From NCBI RefSeq assembly GCF_009914755.1, contig NC_060947.1: a stretch of 64,000 nucleotides of DNA, one strand, 5' to 3'. Below the pieces are notes generated by a model. That model saw nothing but the letters and a program-made list of their open reading frames with translations. It was not told where the DNA came from and ran no database searches. This document shows positions 1 through 18,950 of this stretch, piece by piece. The translations under genes were made by a program, and so were the position numbers. This stretch comes from the human T2T-CHM13v2.0 reference genome, Homo sapiens. How positions within the stretch are numbered: the stretch's first letter is position 1; each line of letters opens with the position of its first letter.

Positions 1-300
1 GGAGGGAGCTGGTGAGAGGTGATTGGATCATGGGGGCGGTTTCCCCTATGCTGTCCTCATAATAGTGAGTTCTCACAAGATCTGATGGCTTTATAAGGGG
101 CCTTTCCTCCTTCACTTTCTCCTCTCTCTCCTGCCGCCATGTGAAGAAGGTTTTTGCTTCCCCTTCGCCTTCTGCCATGATTATAAGTATCCTTAGGCCT
201 CCCTAGCCATGTGGAACTGTGAGTCAATTAAACCTCTTTCCTTTAGAAATTACCCAGTCTTGGGTTTGTCTTTATAGCAGTGTGAAAATGGACTAATACA
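1..300 (+). mobile_element. MaLR LTR (THE1D/MSTA-like), cut by the window start
   Basis: Typical MaLR text 'gccatgtggaactgtgagtcaattaaacctctttc...ggactaataca' ending at 300. Confidence 0.9.
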
Positions 301-1949
301 ATATTATGAAAGACTCTTCCATTTATTATCATGTCTCTCTCATTTCCACAGGCCAAAAATGATATTAGAATACCTGTGATACGTGCATCATAAACTGTCC
401 ACATTACAGAATAAGCAAATTAATTGAAATTCTAAAGCACTTATTTTTTACTCTGGTTATAAAATTCAACTGATGTGGGAGTTTTGGGGGTTCATTAAAA
501 AAATTTGGCCTTTAAAGTTTTAAAAATCAATCTTCTTTTACTATAATACTCTAATAGTTTCACATATAAGGTGAAACTTCATTCCTGAAAGTGAAACTCT
601 AGTGAAATAAAAGAAGTGTATAATACCTATGTTTTCATATAAATGCCAAAATTGGTTGTTGTTCGTGGTTTTATTTATAAGTGCAACATTTACCACAAAA
701 TTCCTTAGATCACTGCAGTCTACTGCTGGTATTTACTTTCCAGGATTATTATTTGTGGAGGTCGATAAATGATTAACTGCAGCTTATTTTGTTTCAGCTA
801 TGGCATCGGATAAACTGCATTTCTCACTTTGTCTTCTCAGCAGTTGTGTGGATTATGGAGATGAGCTGTGGCTCTAGCGGAAAATGCATCATTTATACAT
901 GTCAGGTGGATGGCATCACGCTCCTGTTCTGGGCTTTTTCACAGAGGCTGTGAGATTTATGACCATCATAAAGCCTTTTCGCCCCCATAGATCATGTTGG
1001 TAGAATACACATACCTTTTCTGGACTTCACCCCTTCCAAAAGCAGCCGGAATCAGAACAAGGTGCTATTTTGGTAATTTTTTCCCCCAGAGAGAGAGAAA
1101 ATTACTCCATCCCCCTAAAATTTTCCCCTACGGCCAAACAGCTAATTATTCAAACTAAATAGAGAAATCTAGCTGATTATTTTTCCTTTTCAACATGTTT
1201 TCTTTGAGAAAAACATGTATTTATTTTTATGAAAAGCTTTTTTAAAGTAAAAGGTGTTAAATTGCTTAGCTTGGCAGAACTACTAGGATAAAACGCATGT
1301 CCACACACAGAGCTGTTTTTGCTAATGTTCTCTCCAAGTCTCAGGAATATATATGTAGCTCAATTTGTCTTATACATGTAGATGTTTATCTGTCATTGGT
1401 ATCACGTAATCAGAAAATAATTTTCAAAATTGGAGACCCCTCCTGAGGCAGTCATATGTTTTAAGGCAATTCAAGCTTTCACTTTATAGGATAACTAAGT
1501 CAAAGCTGCCATTCACGAATTAACTACTTAGAAAGTGCAAGGCAGTGTTTGATTTCTCCTTCTTTCAATCTATCCTGCCTCTGTCCCTCTCTCCCCAGCA
1601 AGGCAAACAGGAATAAAACCTGATCTATAACTTTAGCAAAAAGAAAAACATAAACAAAAGAATACACACCATAATAAATGATTATTTATTACAGCAGAAT
1701 AACTTGATTACCTGACTAAGAAAATGGATATAGCTTTTATAAAGGAGATGTTGTTTGAGCTGGGGTTTTCTGGATATATATTGCCCTTCTGGCTGGAATT
1801 TTTCTATCAGTAAGAAAACAAAAAAATCTGCAAATCAAAATATTAAAAATATAGGTAGTGGAGCATGTAGAATCAGAGAAAATATAAAAATATGTTTGAA
1901 CCACTCAGATATACTAACAGAGGTACTGGCTATATCTAGATCTATCTTG

Positions 1950-1998
1950 ATACGTGCACACGTGCATACTCATGCACGCGCGCGCACACACACACACA
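1950..1998. repeat. Alternating purine-pyrimidine (CA/CG) tract
   Basis: tacgtgcacacgtgcatactcatgcacgcgcgcgcacacacacacaca. Confidence 0.85.
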
Positions 1999-2720
1999 GC
2001 ATATATAAGAACAAACACAAATGTCAAGAGGCAAAACTTGTATTTGCATGGGTCAACGATGAGCAAGTAATGTTGTGTCATTCATTTTTATTTATTCTTT
2101 CTTGCAACATCCTCATAGATTACAAATGAAATTTCTTTCTCTACCGATATTCACCTTCTAAATATAATCCTCATTGATTTTACCCTTTTTATTTGCACCA
2201 AACTTTGAAATTAGTAAAAATGGAGTTTATATATTCACTTCATAAGCATGTGTTAAAGGCTAATTTGTGATATGGAAATATGATTATAAAAGGTTTAGAT
2301 TGAATATGTTCTAACTCCAGGAAAATCAAAAATTAATAACAACAAATAAAAAGTCCTGATATGGGCTGCTTTATTGGTGATTTATCTCTTTTGTCTAGGT
2401 GTTTAATTTATCAAAAATGTATGCTATTGCATCTCATTGTCCTTTAAGAATGCCAAGGTTTATCTGAGTGCCCCTGGATTGTATTCACCCAAAGGTCATA
2501 TGATCATCTAAGTTATGTAACAGGGAGTCCACTCATTACCCTGACAGCACATGAAAAAGTACCTGAATTCACAGATTCAAGAAACCAGATAGAAAGATCA
2601 TGAAATGTTTGAACACATCTCAGTCACAGAGAAGGAGAAATTGAGATACAAAAAAAATGAGGCCACAGTCCTACCTTATAGGTTGCTTTATTATATTGGC
2701 TTAGTAATTTGAATTTGAGT

Positions 2721-3037
<317 letters not shown>

Positions 3038-4384
3038 TGAAATATTTTTTAGCAAATTAGCAACTATTTTGTTAACGTATCTATATGCAGTAAAGCTGAA
3101 TCCATTTTTATGAAACATTTATTGGTGCTGCTTATCCTTTATTTTAAAACATTCTTTTATATAAAAATTTTGTATAGCTAATCAAATTTTTTCAAATATT
3201 TTGAGTTAAATTCTTTATGATATTTTTGTGCAGTATTTGAAAAGCCTTCTGCACGTGCTTGTATGCCCTAAATTAAACAAGAATGCCTCAACTAAAGTTT
3301 TTTACTTTATAGTGTAATGGAACTGATTTATCCTCAGGAAAATTAGCCTTCCATTTAAATGTCTGTATTCATTTGACAGAAAAGAAAGCTAGATATATGT
3401 GAGAATGCATGTGTTTTCACAATTGTTATGCACTCCCATTAGAAAGTGCCAGAATATCTGCAAATAAAACTCTTTGTCAAAATCAGTTTTACATGAAGCT
3501 TGACTTAATGAGCAGTTTTTATGTGGCATACAAATCTCTGGCACTCTCTTTTTTGTTGCCAACCAGTTTTATTAATCATGGAGCAGCTAGGTTTCAGACA
3601 AACTACCCATCCATTAGGATTTATTTCCAGAACTTTGGCAGATCTTACCTCCACAATTTTTTCTGCAACACAGAATCCATTTCTTGAAGAATGTAATGTA
3701 CTGAGCTTAAAATCTTGTAGGGTGAAATAGGCATTCTAATTAATAGGGATTGGTGATGGGATATATTTTGTATCATCTAATACTAACTAGAGCAAAATGT
3801 TACCCTCCTATCATTCTAGCAAAAAGTCTACACTAAATCCTTATTACATGCTCAATAGTAGAAGGGGATTAGTAATGCAGTAACCTTAATCACAAAAGAT
3901 TGGGCAGATCTACAAAAGTTTCCTAAACTCGGAGCAAGTGTCAGTCTGAAGACATTATTTTAATGTCCCCAGTCCACATGGTTAATTTTCAATTGTATCA
4001 AGGAAGACTATCTTGTGGTAATTCCAGTAGTTCCTGCAGTGCTGCTTACTTCTTAGATCATCAACATTTACTTTCTGAGTTCTAACTTTCATAAATATGC
4101 CTTTCATTTTTCTGATGCTCCCCGGAATCAGAAAGGCCATTCATGGTCAAAGAAGTGTTACACAGGATATTCTGTATCCTGAAGGATTCAGAAATGCATT
4201 ACTTTACTAAGCCCTGGACTAGCTCATAGCAAATATTTTATAATAGTTCCTGGAGTAATTTTAATTTACGAATGTTAATATTTCAAAATTGAAATAAAAG
4301 TTAGTGATTAATTGAAAATATTATGTTTGAGATTTTAAATGTGTAAAATGCCATTCTTACAAATGGAGTTTAAAAAAAATTCTT

Positions 4385-7370
4385 CTGAGGGAATTGAGTT
4401 TCTGGTAATATGATTAATTAGATGCCATAAACAACCCTAAAGAGCTATAACACAAATCTGAATGAAATACACAAAAATAACTGTATACATCCCTAAGCTG
4501 GTAAGATTTTTTAAAAATCCCAACTTCAAAATAAACTGAAAGTGGTAAAACTGGAAGATGAATATTGAATTAGTTTTTCAGGTTGATGGTAACATCAGAA
4601 ATATGGTGACCCTGAGCTTCTTTCCTATCACCTGATCAGGATTAGGAGACAGGAGAAAAATTGATGGCTTGTGTAAGCCAGAGAGAACTACTTTCTCACT
4701 ATGTTAAAAAAGAAGCAACACAACAAAAAGGAAATTTACCTATTTTGACTTTGGTGCTTAAAATAACTAAGGTAAACACTAAAAGATTATATATAAAGAA
4801 TGCAAATTGCACTCTAGTAGAAGGAAATAAATGATGGCAAAAATAGAACCTCAGTAAAAAAGACAGAAAGAAAAGGAAATAATGAGCAAAAACAGGATAT
4901 ATTGAAAACAGAATAAAGATAATAAATAAAAATGAGCAGATAATCAATAAGTACATATGGCAAAAATTATTCAGTTGAAAGTAAAAGACATTTAGTCCTG
5001 AATTTACTACATCTAGCCATATGTTGTGCATAAAAGACACTGTCAAAACATTAGAATGCAGAAGTTTGAAAATGAAAGGGTGGAATCATACTTACCAGTC
5101 AAATGCTAACAAAAAGATGAGCTTATAACAAACAAAATAGACTTAACTCAAAAACTAATACTCAAATAAGGTTGTGTCATAATGATTGAAGTTTCAATTG
5201 ACAAAGAAGACATACAAATTCTCTAGTTTTTGTATATAATACATGGGCTCAAAACAACTATTGGAAAAATTTACAGACATAAAAGAGGAAATACACAAGT
5301 ATATCATTATAGTGGAAGATTTCAGTACACTTTTTGTCAGTAATTAATAGATCAACAGTGTAAACATAGGTCAGAATATAGCAGATTAATAAGGTTGATC
5401 TACTAGACATATACAGGATATTAAATCAAAAAGTTATTCTCATTTGTCTTCAAGAACACATGGAATATTTAAAGAAATTGATTATGTGGTAGGTTATAAA
5501 AGCGAGTTTCAACAAATTTCACGGGAATGATATAATGCAGATTGTAATCTTTAACCACAGTGAATTTACATTTTAAATTAATAGAAATAAAAATAACTTT
5601 AAACACCCATATCCTTGGAAATTTAAAGATTACACTTTGAAACAACCCATGAATCAAATAAAAATAATACTGGGTATTAGAAAGTGTTGAGAAATAAAAA
5701 ATTAATATAATAACAATAATACATATAAAACTTATGATATGCTTTTAAAGCAGTTCATACTAATGTAGAGCCTTAACTATGTCAAACAAGAAGACAAGCT
5801 AAATATCAATAACCTAAAAATCTAACATAAGAAGTTAAGGAATAAATAGCCTAATTAGCTGGCAAGTATTAGGGAAAAATAAGTAACAAAGAGGAGAAAT
5901 TAATGAAATGTAAAACAAACATAAAATAGAAACAATCAACAGAGCCAAAAGTAGTTTTTTGATAAGGCTAAGAAAATTGATATATTTGTGGCAAGGACAG
6001 TAAAGGCAAAAAAGAATAGATTAAAAATAGAAATGGAAAGGAGGAACATAAATTACAACAGAGATTTAAAAGGTTATAAGAACACATGCTGACACATTTT
6101 ATGTTGAGTATTTGAAATGTTACTTGTTACTGATAAAAGAAAATTGCAATTTACCAACAGAATGGAGATAACAAAGAGATAATAAGCTTGAAAAATTATT
6201 CCATGAAAAAAACACTAGGCCAAGACTGCTGTAGAGAGTGAGTAAGGCTATCCCAGACATTTAAAGAAGAGATAACTCCAGATTTCTACAAAATCATCCA
6301 TGGAATACAATAGCAGAGAGAGTTTTCAGTGGGAGCAAGAGCATTAGAGACAACCACCACTATTACAGCAAACTAGTAGATAGATGACTTTAAAATAATA
6401 AGGGTAAGTAGGCTAAAAGATCTACTGCCAAAGGAGGGTAACGTGTGAACAGGTGTAGAAATTCACCAAAGCCAAGTTAGTTATTTGACAAGATCAATAA
6501 AATTGATAAACCCCTAAAAAAACTGACAAGAAGATAAGAGAGGCAGGAATAAAAGAAAAAAAAATGGAACTCTATAAACCATAGAACTCTAAATTATAAA
6601 AAAAAGAAAATAAAGGGAATAAAGAAATATACAATAACATAATTTATTCAATTGGCTTAACAACTCATAGCTCTTCCTCTGCACAGCTGAAAGAAAGATG
6701 AATGATTTTGGAAAAAAAAAGCAACAGAAATTATCTAAACTGAATACAAAGTCTAAAATAATGAAGCAGAAGACCTGATATCTGTGGCACAATGTTCATG
6801 TTCTCTTTGAACTCTGCATAGAAAAGAATTTTTTAAACAGGATCAAAACCCATAGCCATAAAAACTACCTGAAAATTAAGAACATTTGATTAATAAAAGA
6901 CATTGTAAAGAGAATGAAAATATAAAGAAGTTATTTCCAATTTGTATGACTGATAAAGTAATATCTATATGTGTATCTATCGACCTTCCTATCTATCTAA
7001 TGACAGGTAGATGATAAATAAGAAAAAATAGTAAAATAGACAAAAGAACCTTAAGCAATAGTTCCCTGAGGAAGAAAACTCAACAGATATTAAGATTTTT
7101 AAAATGTTGCTGAAACTTATTATGAATAAGGGAAAGTCTGAGAAACCGAACGATATTGAGTACTATAAAAAGTTAAAGCTGCAAAAGGAATTGTCATACA
7201 CAGGTGATTGAAGTACACATTCAAACAAATACTTTGGAAAACCATATGACATTACCAAGCCTTTTGATAGTGAAGATGATGATGACACAGCAATTCACTT
7301 CCTAGGTATTATACACTGAAGAAACTCTTATCCTTTAGGTCCAGGAGGCAAACATAAGGAAGTTCATAGC
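4385..7370 (+). mobile_element. Old, fragmented L1M (L1ME/MD-like): 5' region, ORF2 endonuclease remnants and 3' part
   Basis: A-rich plus strand with decayed L1 ORF2 motifs (ggaagatttcagtacac, aaacaatcaacagagccaaaagtag, gatgacacagcaattcacttcctaggtat); boundaries approximate. Confidence 0.75.
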
Positions 7371-7435
7371 ATAGCACAGATCTCTCTTCTCTCTCTTCCT
7401 CCATCACCCCTTCTCCGAATATGTCAATGTAGTTA

Positions 7436-7503
7436 CATACACACATGCACACACACACACACATATATATCTATATATCTATAAATATATCTCTATCTCT
7501 ATG

Positions 7504-7547
<44 letters not shown>
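7436..7547. repeat. (CA)n/(TA)n followed by a (TATC)n microsatellite
   Basis: About 11 consecutive TATC units at 7504-7547. Confidence 0.95.
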
Positions 7548-7549
7548 AC

Positions 7550-8046
7550 CGAACTGCTGAATAACTCGTTTCCACTTCCAAATTCACTCTCTATCCTTCT
7601 TCATTTATTCTGTACTTTGAGAGATGGATGAATCAGTTTGGATACCATCGATTGACTCACTCTTAACTTCCAGCTCTTGATTTTTCAGCTGCAGAAGGCA
7701 CTGCCGGAAACTGGGAGGTTTCTTAGAAGGGTGGGGTTGAGTTATGTATTTGTCAGCAGCCTCCCTGCAAGTTCATTCTGACTTGGCAGCATTTTCCCTC
7801 TATGAAGACCACAGTTCTTGGCAGGCAGCCCCCTCCTTCTATCTTCTCTCTATCTACCTTCTCAAAGTTTGTGTAACTGCTTTCTTTCCCTTCAGATCTA
7901 GGGCTGAGTAGGGCTCTTCACTGTTGCCAGCTATGGGGTACTACGTCACCCCTTGTGGGTTTGCTGAAACCCTCTCACACTTTGGAGAAATAGTTCCTTT
8001 ATTAAACTCTAGTCATTTGGTTCCTATGGGAATTTTTACTAATACG
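7550..8046 (+). mobile_element. ERVL solo LTR (LTR33-like)
   Basis: Motifs 'gaagaccacagttcttggcaggcagccc', 'aaatagttcctttattaaactct' and a terminal 'actaatac' resemble LTR33. Confidence 0.7.
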
Positions 8047-8961
8047 AATTCAATCACACATTCCTAATTAAATAAAAAATATAACTTGTGTTGCATTTAT
8101 ATGAATACATGCATTTTTGTAAGTACAATAGAGTGGCAAGATGAATGAATACATTTTGCATGAATTAACATGGTTAGATCTTCTTAGTATATTACTGAGT
8201 GAAACAGTCTGAAAGAATGGCATTTAAACATATAAAGAAATTTCATATCAGCCAAGGTAGCATATTCCATCCACTGCAACTATTTTAAATAAAGGTTAGA
8301 ACTTATTGAGCTATAGCTTGTTCTAGGTATGTTATCTCTGCATACGTTTTGAATCTTAAACATTGTGACAGTTTGCCATAGAAAGATCATTACATTCATT
8401 CAACTGTAACACGAGTATATTTAACCAATGCTCAGATTCAGAGAGAATCTTCTGCATTCTCACTCATAAAGGAGCTGTTTATTTCCTTTCATATCACAAA
8501 ATATTCCCCAAAATATGCAGGGATTTAGTGCCCAGAGATATCACATTCATCCATTCCTTCGTTGCATTCAGCAAATAATTAGTGATCAGCCAGTATAGGC
8601 TGGGCACTGTCCGAAAAAGGTATCTTGGGCAGGGACTAAACAATGACTTGGGTAGTGGAGATGGACATCATTCCTGCAGGGTGGTCATGACACAATGCTG
8701 GATGCTATACAACTGAATGTCCCTTCAGATACCTATATAAAGACAAATATGTTTTCTGGGTTCAGGCCACATGCATTCCTGCTCATTAGAGTGGAGGCAG
8801 GATGAGCCTGACTTCACTCTCCAGTGGCTCCTTAGTCCTGTTAAAAATGATGCTGGCTTCAGACCCAGGTTGTCCATGAACTTAGTATCACTGCAGCTCC
8901 TAGGTTCTCAAATGATGGCAGTGTGCTAATCTCTTAGCCAGTTGAAAAAATAAAGCAGGTG

Positions 8962-9290
8962 GGCTGGGCATGTTGGCTCATGCCTGTGGTCCCAGCACTT
9001 TGGGAGGCCGAGGCGGGTGGATTGCTTGAAGCCAGGAGTTCAAGACCAGCCTGGCCAACATGGCAAAACCCCATCTCTACTAGCAATACAAAACATTAGC
9101 CAGGAGTGGTGGCATGTGCCTATAATCCCAGCTACTCAGGAGGTTGAGGCACAAGAATCACTTGAACCTGGGGAGGTTGAGGCTGCAGTGAGCCAAGATC
9201 TTGCCACTGCACTCCAGCCTGGGCAACAGAGCAAGACTCTGTCTCAACAAAACAACAACAAAAGAAAGAAAGAAAAGAAAAGAAAAAAGA
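8962..9290 (+). mobile_element. Alu (AluJ/old AluS)
   Basis: Full dimer, A-rich tail, imperfect TSD aaaataaagcaggtg / aaaacagagcaggtg. Confidence 0.96.
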
Positions 9291-10405
9291 AAAACAGAGC
9301 AGGTGTCTGTTCTCACAGAGCTTAGGGTCTATGGAGTGGATTAGAGGAAAGCAATGAATTATAATGCAGTGCCATGGTGATATGTAGGCTAAGCATAGGA
9401 TTTTATAGGAGAATGCCAGTGTGCATCTAACCTAGATTTTTGCTATCTATAGTATCTGTGTGGACATCCAATTATAGCATTACTGCTACTGCTTCTGTTA
9501 TTATAGGAGTTTAGAAGGATATGTCACTATGCTCTAAATTGATGATCATCAGAGCTCCAGTTTCAATTATTATATGTACACCATACTTGGGCTTCAGTAT
9601 CCGCAGCTTCTTAATGTAAACTCAACTTTAACAGATATAGAGCCCACACATTTTAAAGAGAAAACTTTATCAGTTGTAATAGCAAGAGGAAATTTTGAGG
9701 TTATTCTAGTAAGATGAAAATCTGGTAGGGACTAGAGGCAAATGAGCCCCACAAGAGATGGAGTTCTGTTGCACACACTATCACTTCCTCTTATTTTTTG
9801 TTTTCATTGCCTTCCCAATTTTAATAAAAATTGAAGCTGGCTACAACTAGATTTTCATTTAGTTGAAGCAACAGACAGGAACATGTAACTATTCCAAGCC
9901 AATAAAATAGTAAATTCAAGTGAACATCTAACGGTAACATGGAATGACAAATAATTTTGAGACATGGGCTCAAAGTTTACTTACTCCCGGCATCAGTCTA
10001 CTCATTTTTTCTCCCCTATACTTTCTCTTGTCAAATAATGAGTATTTCAGGGATTTAAATATGTGTCAAAAAAAAAAACACAAAAATTTTAGTAGCATAC
10101 AGGTGACAAACGAACGACGTTTCAAACCCTTTTCAAATTGGTCTGTGTACTATCAGGTTAAGGTGAAGGGGGTCACTGTTAGAGGAGAGAGAATGGATAA
10201 ACACAGATAACACTATAACTCTAGGAAGGAAAATTCACAGTGGCTGATGGATCTCCTGTATTTTTCTTATATTTCCTACTAAATAAATTCTCAAAGAGCA
10301 GGGTATTTATTCCTTCATTACTGCTTCCATAAAGTGCTTATAGTAAATATGTAAATATTTTTTGGTAGATAAATAAAACCAAATAATAATTTCTTTTAAC
10401 ACCGT

Positions 10406-10700
10406 ATGCTCTAGACTGAAAGTCTGTGTCCCCCCAGAATTTATATGTCGAAACCTAATCCCCAATGTGATGGTATTTAGAGTTGAAGCCTTTGGGAAAT
10501 AATTAGGCCGTAATGGTAGAGCTCTCATGAATGGGATTAGTACCCTTAGAAATATCAGGCAGTTCCCTCACCAGACACCAAATCTGCCAGAGCACTGATC
10601 TTGCACTTCTCAACCTCTAGAACTACGAGAAATAAATGTTTGTTGTTTAAGCCACACAGTGTATGATATTTTGTTATAGCAGCCTAAACAGACTATGACA
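10406..10700 (+). mobile_element. MaLR LTR (MLT1A-like), internally deleted
   Basis: 'gaaacctaatccccaatgtgatggtattt...gaaataaatgtttgttgtttaagccac...gactatgaca'. Confidence 0.85.
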
Positions 10701-10929
10701 CTATGGCAGCTACATAGCAGATTTACTGAGAAGTTAGTGTTGCCTGACCTGTCAATTTTATTAGAAATTGAACCAAAAATTACCCAATGGAATTTTGATA
10801 AAGTATTGCTGAAAAAACTATAAAATCTTAAAAGTCTTCAAGTTCAAAATTGCCTGAAACTAGAGGTTTTATTAAGATTACTGGGTAGGAGCTATGAGGA
10901 AAAAATCTTCATACCATTTACCCATTGAA

Positions 10930-11230
10930 TCATTCATTTATCCATTAAATACACGTTGAGTGATAGGCAGTATTTTAAGTGCTGGAGATACAAATATGAA
11001 TAAGATAATTTTTGAGACTTAGGATTTCAGGGTCTATTTTTGGATACAAAAATAATTAATACATTTTAATACAAGGTAACACAAACATAGTAAAAGCATT
11101 AACAAAATGTTACATGAAACAAAGATGTCACTATGCCTGGGAGATTGAAGGGAAGGTTGACAGTGGATGTGCCATTGTGTTTTAATGCATCAGTAGTAGA
11201 AAAGCTAGAATGATGTAGTCAGCAAAGCTG
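10930..11230 (-). mobile_element. L2 3' fragment
   Basis: 'tcattcatttatccatt...gtgctggagatacaaatatgaataagat' resembles the L2 3' end in reverse. Confidence 0.55.
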
Positions 11231-12652
11231 TCTAAATATGATACAATGTTGAAACATTCATTTTTAAAGAACTATCCATTTTCAGATAACTTTAGGCAAT
11301 GTTGTTTCATTTGATTGCTTTAATAAACACACAAGTTGGGCTTTAACTCCATATTTTTAAAAATGGAATAAACAAGTTCATAGAGTTTAACTTTTTTTTT
11401 TTTTTACCAAATTTGTATGGCTAATAAGGGAATAAATGAAAACCCACAAAAAGGGAATTATTACCTGTCTCAAAAAGAAAAGAGTTACCCACTACAGCGA
11501 GTGATTGGAAATAAATGGGATGAGCAGCTGATAAGAAGATTATAAAGAAAATCCAATGATAGATTGATGATAGGTGTTAGGTGATACATCAAGACATTTA
11601 AACCTTGCCATTTTGTGATGTTCAGGGTTGCAGTGATTATGAATTTAAATAATAAATATAAACAGTTTTGTTAATAAGGAATAACCATTAATAACTTCTT
11701 TTATCAGCCATTTCTTTGGAAACTACCCTGTAACAGAAATGACATATTGGGGGTTTGACACGATAACTGAATAAGGCTTGGTCTCTGCTTTAACAATGGA
11801 GATAACAGGCGCTCCACTTACATTCCTGTAAAAGATTTTTTAAAAATAATTAAGACCACTTAATTATCATTTTTGTTAAGATTTGTCCCAAATAATGAAA
11901 AGTTAACAGAATGTTTTTGATATTATTAATATTCAAGAAAAAACCTGTGACAAGAAATGATACGTAAATGCGATTATTCATATTGCTTGGCCCAAATCAT
12001 TTATTGAGAAAAACATTCAGATGTCAAAAAGCAAAAATTAAGCCAATTATTCAAGTGGTTAACATATCCAAGGGCTTATACTCATACAGGTTGTAAGAAT
12101 TAACTGTTTTTATTTAATTCATATGTTTAGTTTTCTATGAAAAGGCTGAGTGCATAAGATAGCTATGTGTAACTTTTACAGTTTAAAAAGTGCTGTCAAA
12201 CAAACACTTCTTTAAAAGTCTTAAACTTCATGAGACAAATAAAGGGATACTGTCTATTTGGAGACAAATAAGTTGAGGCATAGAGTAATTAAATGATTTG
12301 CCTCCATGCAACGGAGTAATTAAGTATATAGGCCCATATTTGAAGCCCAGCCTTCTAACTTTAAATCCTATGCACTATTCCACATTTCCTATGCTAACTG
12401 GAGAGTTAATCACTATAATAAAAGTATGTCAAGGTCAATATATTAGTATCGTAGGTTATTTTGTATTTGTATTTTGTGATATTGGAGCTCATAAAATACA
12501 TTAAAGAAACAATTAAAATCAACAATGGCCATTAAAATTCCCCTCTCCCCACCTCTGAGTCTAGGAAATAGAGCAAGACTTATTCCTCATCCACTCACCT
12601 TCTGTATGTTAAACCTAGAGAAGCTTGAAAAGTAATCTTCTGACTTTGGATA

Positions 12653-13272
12653 AGTTCAACCATTGTGGGAAGCAGTGTGGCAATTCCTAAAAGAGCTAAA
12701 AACAGAACTGCCATTTGACCCAGCAATCCCATTACTGGGCATATACCCAGAGGAATGTAAGTCATCCTACTATAAAGAGACATGCACGCGAATGTTCACT
12801 GCAGCACTATTCACAATAGCAAAGATGTGGAATCAACTTAAATTCTCATCAATGATAGACTGGATAAAGAAAATATGGTACATATACACCATGGAATATT
12901 GTGAAGCCATAAAAAGGAACGAGATTACATCTTTTGCGGGAGCATGGATGGAGCTGGAGGCCATTATCCTTAGTAAAGTAATGCAGGAACAGGAAAGTAA
13001 ATACCGCATGTTCTCACTTATAAGTGGGAGCTAACTGATGAGAACTTATGGACACGAAGAAGGGAACAAAAGACACTGGGGCCTACTTACTGGTGGAGGG
13101 TGGAAGGAGGGAGAGGAGCAGAGAAAATAACTATTGGGTACTAGGCTTAGTACCTGGGTGACAAAATAATCTATACAGCAAAACCCCATGACATGAGTTT
13201 ACCTGTATAACAAACCTGCACATAGACCCCTGAACCTAAAATAGAAGTTAAAAAAAAAAAAAAAAAAAAAAA
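12653..13272 (+). mobile_element. 5'-truncated L1 (L1PA15/16-like): ORF2 C-terminus, 3'UTR and polyA
   Basis: ORF 12663-13034 matches the ORF2p C-terminus ([15 protein letters not shown]...MFSLISGS); pure A tail ends at 13272. Confidence 0.95.
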
Positions 13273-14287
13273 CAGAGGAAGTTCCTAAACATGCTGCCCT
13301 CTGCTCTTTGCGTCTTCCCTCTCTTTTAGCAGTCTGCGATTAGGTATGCACAGTGTTGCAGACACCCCAGTGAGCTGATACATTAAAAGACATTTTGTTG
13401 TTAAATATTTCCTTGTTATGATGGCACACTTAAATTTGAAGAGCAATCTGTGAAAGAATGAAGTATTCAAAGATTTTATAGTCCATAAAACAACAAGAGA
13501 ATTACTTTTAAGGGAACTACAGCATCATGGAGGCATTTCCCTGCTTCCTGCTGAATTTTTTTTTCCGTCTCTGTTTTTTTTTCAATCCAACCACAATACA
13601 TCAGCTCTGAACCACAGAAAATTACACACTCTGAGCCACAAGCCACCAAGGGCATTGGGTAATTAAAGACTCAAGATCTCGCTGCTTACTTTGTTCACTC
13701 CTCCTTTAGGATGGCTCATTTCCAAGTCTGTGATCAATGTTCTCCCACTACAACTAAGAGGATGTCAATTCTGCTTTCAGTCACAGCAATTAACAAGTAC
13801 TCCCACTGGTACTACAAAATCATTTTCTCACACAACATACCTGTACTGGGAAACTGAAGCAGGTAAGAGGAGTACATCAAGAGAAAGACAGGCATGGAGT
13901 ACCACTGAAATACCAGCAGAGCCCAGACTCCTTGTATAAAAGTGATGCTGAGAGGGTGAGAGTTGCCAACTTTGCCAACCTTATCTCTGGCTCTATGCCT
14001 GCCCTAAAACATCTTTTCTTCATTACTGAGTTTCACTGAAAACAACACCCTTCCCTTAGGGTCCTAAAACTGTTTGTGCAGCTGTGCTAAGCTGGCAACT
14101 AAATGATTTTCCATCACACTAGCTTCTAGAGCGAACATATTAAGTTGAATCATTGTCTCTTCCGACATAGATAGTTAAGCTCCATGTATACTAAGATAAT
14201 AAGCACTAAGGAAATTTAATGAGTTGTGCTACCACTAATTTAACAATGAACAATAATCATTAAAAAAAAAAAAAAAAGTACATTGCA

Positions 14288-16438
<2,151 letters not shown>

Positions 16439-16699
16439 AAAGGTATATTGCAGAAAAGGACAAAATGATCTAGTTAATTCCTTCCCTCCTTTATTTTTAA
16501 AACCCTAGTTTTAAAGATGAAGATTTTGAGTTCCAAAAATTAGGAGACTTACCCAAGATGGCATAAATGATTATTGATAGAGCCAAGTATCCCAGGTATA
16601 ATACATTACAATAATAAGTTTCCTTGTCTAACAAACAATTTTTAAAGCACCTCCATAATATTTGTTTCATAATAAGCATACGCAGCCTATGCCTAAACA

Positions 16700-18950
<2,251 letters not shown>

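Noticed and set aside
1755-2129. 124-aa ORF
   Set aside because: Non-ATG start, runs through a CA/CG microsatellite, no protein-like composition
12640-13290. No clear TSD around the L1PA15/16-like element
   Set aside because: Element is old; ggataagttc versus ggaagttc may be a decayed TSD, so no claim can be made
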